Source: Felis catus (taxonomy: Eukaryota). Taken from it: a DNA stretch of 64,000 nucleotides. The first letter of the stretch is position 1, and each line of letters opens with the position of its first letter. The stretch spans positions 72,108,001 to 72,172,000 of the forward strand of contig NC_058368.1 in NCBI RefSeq assembly GCF_018350175.1, written 5' to 3'. The notes beneath the pieces were generated by a model. That model saw nothing but the letters and a program-made list of their open reading frames with translations. It made no database searches and had not been told where the DNA came from. Position numbers and translations under genes: made by a program. Of this stretch, positions 53,901 to 64,000 are shown piece after piece.

Positions 53901-54237
53901 ATGTACATTAGGATAAAAAGATTTCAAAAACAGTATTTGGGGAATGTGTGTGGAGTTTGATCCCATTTACCCTGAAAATTGCTGCTACTAATGATCTTAA
54001 GGAGAGAAACAATGATCAAATATGACTTGGCCTCAGCATGTTGTGTGGCCATAGCAGTGAGAAAAGTGTACAGGGACATGCCTCCCAGGGACAGCCATCC
54101 GGGCACTGGAGCATAGCTTCTCAACTGGAAGATTAATATAAATCTTAAAAACTAATGGTATAAACTGTTTGTAGGTTATAACCTTAAATTTAAAACATTA
54201 CATATTTTTGATGGATACATATATATGTGGGAAACTA

Positions 54238-54404
54238 CTTCATTTCATGGATTTTTAGACACACGTTTATTTTTACATTTCAACAGTCTAAAACTGGCAT
54301 GCAACTTATCTATGTGTGTTTGGTTTAATTGTTGTTTCTTGTTAATGTTAGCCAAAATAAGAGTCTTCCTATAGTTAATAGCATGTTAAATTCAGTAAAA
54401 TATG
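54238..54404 (+). mobile_element. MER104-like TcMar-Tc2 MITE
   Basis: Collinear with recalled MER104: 'catttcatggatttttagacacac...gtttaattg...gcatgttaaattcagtaaaatatg'. Confidence 0.62.
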
Positions 54405-54699
54405 ATTTAAAACTGGACGATAGATTCATACCAAATACATCCCAGTCATTATCTGGGAGACATGGTGCGGGCGGAAGAAGGAAACATTAAGGCAGAGAAG
54501 GACTTGGTCTAGGAATGGGCATCAATGATGCTTTAAATTGATCAGTAATACTTTACTTCTATAAATTAAAAGCATCTGAACATATTAAATGTTTAGCCTT
54601 TATTAATCTATAGCTTTAAATGCACACAACATCTTATTTAAACTCAGTGTTGGTGATAGCTGTGATCACCCTCTTATCCCATGGCTAAAACATCCCCCA

Positions 54700-54795
54700 A
54701 AATACAGCTCCCATGTAGATGGCATCTTGGAAAGTAGGTATGTGGGGCATCATTACCCTCATTTTCAGATACAACGCAACAGAGAGGTTCCGTTG
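54700..54795 (-). mobile_element. MIR fragment
   Basis: 'cattaccctcattttcagatacaacgcaacagagaggtt'. Confidence 0.5.
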
Positions 54796-55599
54796 GTTTG
54801 GTATAAACAGTTTACTAGGCCGAATCATTTTTCTTCTTGCTTTCGTATTGTGTGAGACTTTCACTAAAGGATCAAATTTGTGTGAAACATCTGCCATGAG
54901 GATAGCAAACAAGTATATTGTTTTAATAGAAGAACAATTAGATTATTACTATACATAGATGATTTCAATCATATCTATCCTACCTTTAACTATGATCGAT
55001 AGTCTCCAAGCTATTCCATAGTTATAAAGGAACTTAAACAGAGTAGGTACTTAATAAACATTAGTTGAATTGACAAATGGGTGTGTGGATGGATGAATGA
55101 ATGGATGGATGGATGAATGAGATAGACTTAAAGGTCCCAGAAGACAGAATGCAAAGCCCTCAGGGCCAATATCATGAGGCGCAGGTGGATTTGGCTCTGG
55201 AAACCAGGCCTCCATTCCTTCTGCAGAAGGTTCTTTCCTTTTGCGCATATTTTAAAAGTCACCCCACGTAAAAAATAAAAAATGCCAAAACTATTTCTAT
55301 GTGGTTCTACGGTTTGAACCTAAAACGTTACACCATGTAACAATGTATCCCTATACACTTTTTGACCTATGTGCTCCCTTTCGAAAGAAAGGTTCTGCCT
55401 ATAGCAAATGCAACCTTGAACACATCTAGTTTCTGAAGCACCTATTTAGTTCACATTTAGAATTGGAAGGAATCTTAGTGCCCATTTGTAATTTGTCTTA
55501 TTTTAGTGACTCTTGGAGAGAGGTTTGATTCCAGGAAGACATTTTCAGTGATAATGCTAAACTTCACAGTCTTAGGAAATAACAACGTAGCTGCCTGAC

Positions 55600-55740
55600 C
55601 ACAGGCTATGAGACCAGGAAGACATGGGAACGTCCTGGGTCTAGCATTTACACTGTACATGATGTTGGGTGTGTTTCATCATCTGTAAGCCTCAGTTTCA
55701 TCATCTGTAAAGTGGGAACACTGCCTACCTTGGTTGTTCC
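55600..55740 (+). mobile_element. MIR fragment with 22-bp internal duplication
   Basis: 'gtttcatcatctgtaagcctcagtttcatcatctgtaaagtggg'. Confidence 0.65.
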
Positions 55741-56568
55741 AAATATTAGGAATGAAATTATGAAACGTTCTGCTTTTTAGCAACAGCAGGGCTTTTTGTT
55801 TTTTGTTTTTTTAATTTCATGTGTTTCTGATAAAGGATAACATTTTGGGTCCTTACACTAGAACTTTTAACATAATAGAGCTTAAGTTTGCTTCTTAAAT
55901 ATACACACATTTATTATAAGGGGATGTACTTTGGCCATTAGAAAGATCTGAGAATTACATCCCTTACTATGTCAAGGCCATATTTCACAACCTTTTTCTT
56001 TCTGTTTAATGCACATGCATTGAAAAGAAAATTCTCCTTGTGTGATAGAAGTCAATTTTTCCCGGGTTTTGGTATTTTGTTTTCATGATGCTTTTTGCAA
56101 TATTTGTGACTCTGTGTTTTAATTTTTTCCCATGTGTTTCTTTCAGCCACACAGCCCAGAAACACAGAGCTGACTTCTAACTGCACCCTAGAGTCAAGGT
56201 CTTCAGTTTAATCTCAGCTTTGGAATGGAAGCAGTGAAACTGAAGAGTGTGTCCCCACCTTATAAATAACAATAATAGCAGCAGCAATAATAATGACATA
56301 GTTCTGGGAACACTTAGAGATGGTTAACCATGTACTTGAATATGGGATTTCATTATGTTTTATCTCGTGTTCCCTCAGGCAGACACTGGCGTATAGGATG
56401 GAGCCCTCCTCTTAGTCAAATCTGGAATCTAGTTCCTCAAGCAGTTGGAGTCATAGAAATTTAGACTGGAAGAAACCTCATGTGGCCGGACTACTCTACA
56501 CTAGTTCTCTGACTCTCGTTTTGACATTGAAAAGAGGCCACAGAAACCGGTTGATGCTTACCCCACTA

Positions 56569-56745
<177 letters not shown>

Positions 56746-57784
56746 CTATGGAGGAAGAGAATGGAGGCATTAAACACCAGTTCAGGCTTGCATGCAGTTT
56801 AAAACTAGTTTGTGGTGTTTGAGGACTTCGATCTCAATATTATTGATTTTTATCTGATTGATTGGGAGAACAGCCTTAATTCCACAGAGGGGAAAGAGCT
56901 GAGAATTAAAGATACTTAAAGCCTGATATCTAACTATTCAGTGTGGAAAACTAAAATAATCACCCTGAATTATTATTAATAATAATTACCCTGAATTAAT
57001 ATTAGCCTTGTTGGTGGTAAATACTGTTGAGAAAATAAAATAAAATAAAATAAAAAGACATCTTTTTATTTGACTTTCTTTTTTTTCCTCGAAGCAAGCT
57101 AACGAGTTGCTTAACATTTCCTACAAATAACTGTATTTTTTTTCTGTTGCTAAGTGCAACTTATTTTTATAGCGAATTGCATTTGATTGTCTACAGGCAT
57201 ATGAGAATAATAGCCTTGATTTTACTTTTATAGTACCCATCCATCAAATTATTTCAGTTATATTAAAAACACAAGACTCATTAAAAAAGAAACATTTCTA
57301 AATGGTATTACCATACCAAGAGACTTAATAAAGACAAACATAGTTTCATGATTTTATTTATTATTTTCAGGGTGCATACTCAAGACCATGAAAGAGGCCA
57401 AGACCTAAATAAATAAATAAAAAATGAATAAATAAATAAAATAGAGCATTCCCACAAAATCTAGCCAAGCTAAAAGACTCATACTTTCTCTGCAAAGACT
57501 TTGGCTAGTTCTATTCTTACAAGTTTTTCTTATTAAATATATGATTATATGTACATCTCTGACTCGTGTATCTTACATACATTAGTGAACAATAAATGCT
57601 TCTTAATGAGGATTTATTATGATGATGATGTCTGGAGAAAGTGACAATTGTAATCCAGTGACTCTTTAAAAATGTCTTTATAGGCTTTAGTACAATGAAG
57701 ATGTAAATTGGATTCTCAGATTCCAAGAAATAAGGTCCAGGATAATACAGAGATGGACAGGCCCAAGATAAAAAGCCCTGTTAT

Positions 57785-57965
57785 ACTGATAGGATCTTAG
57801 AGACAAAATGAACCCTACAGAAAATCTACTCTGCCCTTTTTTTTTTTAGAAGATAAGGAAAATGAGGCTTAAAGATGATTGGTGATTAGCTCAAAGTCAC
57901 TCTATTAACGTGTGGCAGTAACAAGTACCACTGAGTCATTATGACTCCAAAGTAAGTTCTTTTCC
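57785..57965 (-). mobile_element. MIR fragment
   Basis: 'agataaggaaaatgaggcttaaagatgattggtgattagctcaaagtcac'. Confidence 0.6.
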
Positions 57966-59259
57966 AAGCATTGAAGTCCATGTTCAGTGAGGTCTTGAAT
58001 CTACTAGTTTCCAGGCTGCACCCCACACAGTACACACTCTTAGCAGTTTCCTTTCCTAGGGACACTTAAATTTTAACTGTTTTAGAAGTACGACATTCAA
58101 TCCCAGCACAAAGCGGACCCATTTGAACAAAGGAGCAATTAATTGGTAAGTGATTCTTTTACTAGGAGATAAGTTTTTCCACCTATCCTTTGTCTATGTG
58201 TGAAACACTTAACATCTCCTTGAGTTAATTTTTTATAACCTCATTACCTACAACGTGTTTTGTTCATGTAAGCATGAAGTAGGCTATTATTGATGCTTGA
58301 ACTCAGCATCGCCAAGGACAGACAATATAATACTTTCTTTGCCAGGGCGTCTAAGAGAATATTAGTCCTAACTCATCCGAAAAATGCTTCAGATTTTGCA
58401 ATGCGTCATTTAACTTCTTACGAATGCCAAAACTTAATGAGGACATTACTTTTTCCCTCTGTGTATGTTTCTGTCACATATTTATTACATCCAAAGACAA
58501 GGAACACAAATTTCAAAGACAATTCACATAAAAATATCAGACTGCTGTATTTTCTTCAATGAAGACGTCACCAATGTGAAAGTGTGTGTACATCCTCAAG
58601 ACTCAACAGCACAAGGGGAAGAGTCAACACCAGTGTAAACAGAATTTCACCCGACATGAATTCCTTTCCCCCAAAATGACAGGCCAGCTTGTGATTAAAT
58701 CCAACATTTATTCTTGGTACCTAGAGACCAAAAAATGCAGGTGTACCTTTCAACTGCCTTGGGCACCAACCAAATTAATTTGTTTTCATCCACTGCATTA
58801 GCTTTCATGAATACTCAGCTATTATACATTCAGTAAATGTTAGGGAACATGGAGCAATGGGATTGTAACCTGTTGCTGGCAGATAAGCAATGTGGGCAAG
58901 AACACAGGGGTTATCTTCCACTCTTTTCAGTCTCAGAAGAAAAAAAAATCTCCTTTCTGCACAGCTCAGCCACCTGAAAGTGCATGTTGTAAGATGCTGT
59001 GAATTATATTTGAGAGCAATGCTTTGTTACAACGCGATTCATGTGTTTCCAGCTGCTTCCTTGAATAAACCAACAAAAAGTAGCGCCATGAAATATTTCA
59101 ATTATGGGCTGAAAATTAATTTGTGCCTGGCATGAAGGCTGCTATGTCAGTTTTGTTGAAATCTTACCCAGAAATTAAATCCCAACGACTGTTGGAGATG
59201 TGACTCAAGTACACTTACTTATATTTATATTGTCCACGGAATCCGTGTCCCTTGAAGAG

Positions 59260-59480
59260 TGTATTTATTTAAATGTGGGTTATTAGTGGTTACTGAAGGC
59301 TTGATGTGTTGGGGACTGAGATGAGGAAGACACAGTTTCTTCTACTGAGAAATTTATAATCAAGAATAGAGAAAAAGATGAAAATGACCAACTGTAAGAA
59401 AAGGCAAAAGGGAAAACATGGTATATAAGAGAATTGTGGTAAAGCTATCATGAGCCAGTTAGAAGTATCAATGTACTCCT
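59260..59480 (-). mobile_element. L2 fragment
   Basis: 'gtgttggggactgagatgaggaagacacagtttcttctactgagaaatttataatc'. Confidence 0.5.
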
Positions 59481-59689
59481 CTTGGGTGAGGCAAGAACTG
59501 TTTGGGGAAAATGATGGCAAGTGATCGTCATGATGAAAATGAGAAGGACTTAAATGGGGAAGAAGGGGGCCATGAACAAAGGGCTGAAGGAAGTTGTTTT
59601 CTCTGAGTTCCTTGTCTCTACTTAACGTCATTTTCCTATCCTGTTGACCTCTTGTCCCTCTTTAATGGCTTCTACCAGCTCTTTATAAA

Positions 59690-60950
59690 TTAGGAAAATG
59701 GATCTTTTATCTGTTATATATGTTTAAAGTATTTTCCTCAATCAATTTGTGGTATTTTTGTGAACATAAATTTTACATTTCTATGTGGTCTAATTTGCTA
59801 TTCTTTTATCTAAGGTAAAAAACTTCTCTCACTGGATGATTGGACGTAGATGTAAATGTACCCATACTTTTATGAAGTAGTTTTAGTTTATTATGTTTAA
59901 CATGCTTAACCAGAAGTCGCATTTAAATCAGTTTGTATCTGGAATTTATTTTGGTATAAGAAGTGAGATAAGAATTAATCTTATTTTTTCTTTTAATAGA
60001 TGATCAGCTGACTCAGCACATATAATTGAAAAAAATTTATCTTTTCTTCACTAATCTGAAATACCTCTTATCATAAACTGAATACTCAGACAATTTCAGC
60101 TCTATTTCTAAATTTTTATTCTTTTCCATCAATCTATCTCACTCCAAATTGCCTAACAACTGTACATTCACTTTAATAATGATTAAAATGAATTAATAAT
60201 TTGATTAATGAATTTAAAACATAGTAATGAATTTAAAAAGCTAGGGTTCCTAGCTGTTCCCCATAAACTTCTGTTTTCAGAATTCTTTTATTTACTTTTA
60301 CGTATTAACTCCTCAAAACATCCTCTTGTTTTATTTGTTGAGATTACATTAATCTAAGAAAAACTAATATTCTCCAATCTCATAGAAATGTTTACCTTTC
60401 AATTTATTAACTTTTTATTCATGATTCTGAGAAAATATTTCTACTTATATAGTTTCCACACACTTCTTGTTAAGCTAATTAATATTACCTTTCAAAAGCT
60501 TAATCAAGGTGATGTCATATCATTAAAATACTGTATAGTAAAGAAACTTGATGATGAGTTTCTTAATGGATGATAAACTGCAGACTACAGCTGTATGCCT
60601 AAGCACATTTTTTAGTCCTAACTGGTCTTTCATGCTTGCCAGTACATTTATAATCAACAGGTTGATAAACTATAAGTTGACTATAAAAATATTTTTCACT
60701 GTTGAGTCGGGTAATGCTCTCAGATCTTACTTCCTTCTCCAGGGCTCCAGTATTATGAGGTATACGGTACCAGAAGGTCAATGCTCCAGGTAAATGCTCC
60801 CTTTCTCACTTTCCACTAATTGCTCAGAATCTGACTTAGTTTCATGCATTTTATTTGAATCTTTGCTTTCTTACACAATTTTCAGTTAAGTTTAGTTTTG
60901 CTTGGTTGAGATTTTCTGATTGGTTTTGACAGATTTTGTTGGAAAAAGAA
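59690..60950 (-). mobile_element. Old L1ME-type fragments
   Basis: 'atctggaatttattttggtataagaagtgagataagaatt', 'cttttcttcactaatctgaaatacctcttatcata'. Confidence 0.6.
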
Positions 60951-61132
60951 ATACATACTCCCCCCCTTCTATTTCCTATACTTTCCAAATTCTCATGAAT
61001 TTTATCTATTGTTTGGAATAAATTCCACTCTTATGCTGCTGTAGATGTTCTTCCCAAAACCTTCTGTTACTCCAAAACCATTGGATTCTTGCTCTCGGAT
61101 ATTTTTCTTGGAGTCTTCTTATCACCTGTTTT

Positions 61133-61345
61133 TTTTTTTTTTCAACGTTTATTCATTTTTGGGACAGAGAGAGACAGAGCATGAACAGGGGAGGGGCAGA
61201 GAGAGAGGGAGACACAGAATCAGAAACAGGCTCCAGGCTCTGAGCCATCAGCCCAGAGCCCGACGCGGGGCTCGAACTCACAGACCGCGAGATCGTGACC
61301 TGGCTGAAGTCGGACGCTTAACCGACTGCGCCACCCAGGCGCCCC
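61133..61345 (-). mobile_element. Young Can-SINE (SINEC_Fc)
   Basis: Near consensus; 16-bp TSD tcttatcacctgtttt (61117-61132, 61346-61361). Confidence 0.97.
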
Positions 61346-61433
61346 TCTTATCACCTGTTTTAATGCGGACTAATTGCTTTCTAGATTTGCTCCATGGTGG
61401 TCAGAATCTTTGCTTTGAACTTTCTTCTTATTC

Positions 61434-61759
61434 TTTTTTAAATATAATTTATTGTCAAAATGGCTAACATATACTGTGTAAAGTGTGTTCTTGGTTTTTG
61501 GGGGTCAGTTTCCATGGTTCATTGCTTACATACAACACCCAGTGCTCATCCCAACAAGTGCCCTCCTCAATGCCCATCACCCATTTTCCCCTCTCCCCCA
61601 TCCCCCATCCACCCTGTTTGTTCTCTATATTTAAGAGTCTCTTACGGTTTGCCTTCCTCCCTCTCTGTTTGAAATTATTTCTCTTCCCTTCCTCCATGGT
61701 CTTCTGTTAAGTTTCTCAAGATCCACATATGAGTGAAAACATATGATATCTGTCCTTCT
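61434..61759 (-). mobile_element. Felid/carnivore L1 3' end
   Basis: 'tttattgtcaaa...acaacacccagtgctcatcccaacaagtgccctcctcaatgcccatcaccc'; similar to 20961-21235. Confidence 0.9.
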
Positions 61760-63479
61760 GAAATACAATTAACTTTCTTGTCTAGATCTTTTGTTCTATT
61801 ACGGTGTCAGAAAGTGACCCCAAATCTCAGGCCTGGTTGTGAGTCCTGTTTCCATGTCAGCTGGGTTTTCTTCTCTCTGCTTTGCTGTCTCAGTATGAGA
61901 AGAGGGGTTTGCAGGGACAGAAGTATTAGCTAGGCTATGGGAAGTCATGCTCGAAAGATCAGGCTTCAGGTATTTCTTCAGTTCAGTTATTCAGAAATCC
62001 TTATTGCTGCCAGAGCCCGTCAGTCTCTGGTGTTCGCATCCTCAGATCATGGGCTCTTCCAGACCTCACTCTCCCAGCACTGGCTCCAGGGGAGGACAGA
62101 CAGGCTGATTCTGCCATTTTGGGTTCTCTGTGAGGAGAAAGAATACAAGAGGGGCTCTTGCTCCCAGGGCCGCCTGTCCCCTTGTGGCTTCTGTTTTCTT
62201 CTTTTCTCCTCATACTCTCACTATGCTAAATTTTTGTGTATCATGGGAGACAATTCGTTTCTGGAAATCATGATTATTTTGCTTTCACTCTCAAGCTTTC
62301 TTTCTGTCTTGGAAAAATAAAATGGTGAGATCTAGCAGTTTCTTTTGACTCTCGTAAAAGGGATGGAACAAGTCACTTCTACACTGGGGGGTTTCTCGTC
62401 TTTTTTCAGGCTTGTGCATGCTTCCCTGGTCAAGTCTCCTCAAACAGAAGGAGAGGAGGATGTGTTTTAAGATTTGCTTTTCCAATTTATTTTCTTCTCA
62501 ATGTCTGGAAAACAGGCTTAAGGCATGAGCTTCAAGAGTGAATCCTCCCTCTTTGACTCTCTCTCTCTCTCTCTCCCAGCTTTCCTCCCTCCTTCTTAGT
62601 AGCTGCTATTCAAAGATAATGGTATGAAACTGTGGCTTTGCCTTTGTGTGGTTGTTGCTGTATAATTTTTTCAGGCTGATAATTAACTGTTTCATTTGTT
62701 TCCTTAGGTTTTAGGGACAGAGGGTCTGTGGTTTTGCGATTTTACTCCTCAAGTCCAAACCTACAGATGTAAATAGGGGTAAACAACTTTGTTTACAAGT
62801 CCTCTTACTTTTTTTTTTTAAATGACACAATCACATGTTAAACACCACTATACAGGTCAGGCCCTGTTCACACTGAAGGTGCCTGGAGGTACTAACTGGA
62901 TCAGGGGTGAGCAGGTAACTAAAGAATGGCCTTTGAGGTGATCAGGAACAAACAACTCTGCTCCATCAGGAAAGAACTAAACCAATCAAAAACACCTCTA
63001 ATGAACCTCTAGCGGAAGGTACAGAGAAAAATCACAATACTGGCAGTAGCATCTGGAGGTGAACAACTGAAGACAAGCTGTGCAGGTCAGTAGCAACAAG
63101 AGGGATCATTAAAAAGTCAGAGTTATGAGTATGTTGATAAAACAAGGAAGCAAATGTCTCCGAATGAACAGGAATTAAGAGGGAAAGAAAACACACTGAG
63201 TAGACATGGCAATGATATTCACCAAATGGAGAAGGAAGGTCTTGAAAATCACCAGCTCAGTGACCACCTTTTTCTAATTGGAGTGCATCACATCCCTCAG
63301 GTGTGTGGGAATAAAACAAAGGGTGGGACCAGAGCAGGGGGAGAAAGCCACAAGGCAGGATTGTGATGAGGAGAGCTGTTCCAGGGGTGATGCAGGAGAA
63401 ACACGTCTAAGCATAGAGAACAGGGTCCTGGAGTCACTGAATGTCCTGAGCACTGCAGGAGAGAGACACAAAGTTCACC

Positions 63480-63990
63480 ACCAGCCCTTCTCAGTCTCCT
63501 TTGTTGGCATCTTCTCACGTAATCTCTAAATGCTGCAGAGCCTCAGGGCTCAGTCCTCAGATCTCTTTTGTGCCTCTCAACACTTACTAACTAGTTCAAC
63601 TCACTCATCCCAATGCTTTAAATACCATCTATATACTGATGGCTTCAGCCTCACATCCGGAATCGACTCTGCTTCTCCACTTGAATGTCTATCAGACAGG
63701 AATCTCAAGCATTAGATGTTTCACATCAAACCCTTCATGCTCTATTCCCCAAACCTGTTCCCTCTGTCTCCTTCCCATCTCAGGAAATATCAGCTCATTC
63801 TCCAAGTTACTCAGGCCAATGACCTCACAGACACTTTTGGTTTCTGCATCCAACCTGTGAGGAAATCCCGCTAAATCTCACCGTGGTTCTTGGTCTCAGT
63901 TCCACATTTATTCTCAATATTCCCTGATATTACTACTAACACAGCTAATAGTTTCCCTGTAAGTAGCCCTACATTTTGGAGCTATACTTT
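63480..63990 (+). mobile_element. L2 fragment
   Basis: 'ctttaaataccatctatatactgatggc', 'cttcccatctcaggaaat', 'ccaagttactcaggcca'. Confidence 0.7.
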
Positions 63991-64000
63991 CCTGTCATAA

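Noticed and set aside
60006..60018. AGCTGACTCAGCA MARE/ARE-like motif
   Set aside because: An isolated motif inside an old L1 remnant, with no supporting context.

Overview
Mammalian genomic DNA from a felid, judged by abundant SINEC_Fc-type Can-SINEs and L1_Fc/L1_Carn 3' ends; it is probably domestic cat or a close relative. The whole window lies inside the NALCN gene (sodium leak channel, non-selective), transcribed on the minus strand. Four coding exons are present, all with GT-AG boundaries and continuous phase: 56608-56745, 43367-43441, 15294-15430 and 13217-13358. They correspond to human exons 14-17, approximately aa 543-706 (numbering from memory), and encode the domain II pore loop with selectivity-filter Glu, IIS6 and the start of the II-III linker. 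Three of the four are missing from the supplied ORF track in their coding frame. The rest is intron filled with about 23 Can-SINEs, L1, L2, MIR, MaLR/ERV LTRs, DNA transposons and microsatellites. I see no wholly new system. The most interesting points concern splicing and RNA structure: (1) a small LTR-like polyadenylated retrocopy creates a very strong decoy 3' splice site 224 nt upstream of the weak exon 17 acceptor; (2) a CpG-rich 87-bp palindrome with two CTCF-like motifs lies in an in-frame poison extension of exon 16; (3) exons 16+17 form a 279-nt stop-free cassette with circRNA-type architecture. Repeat subfamily names are recalled, not database-verified.
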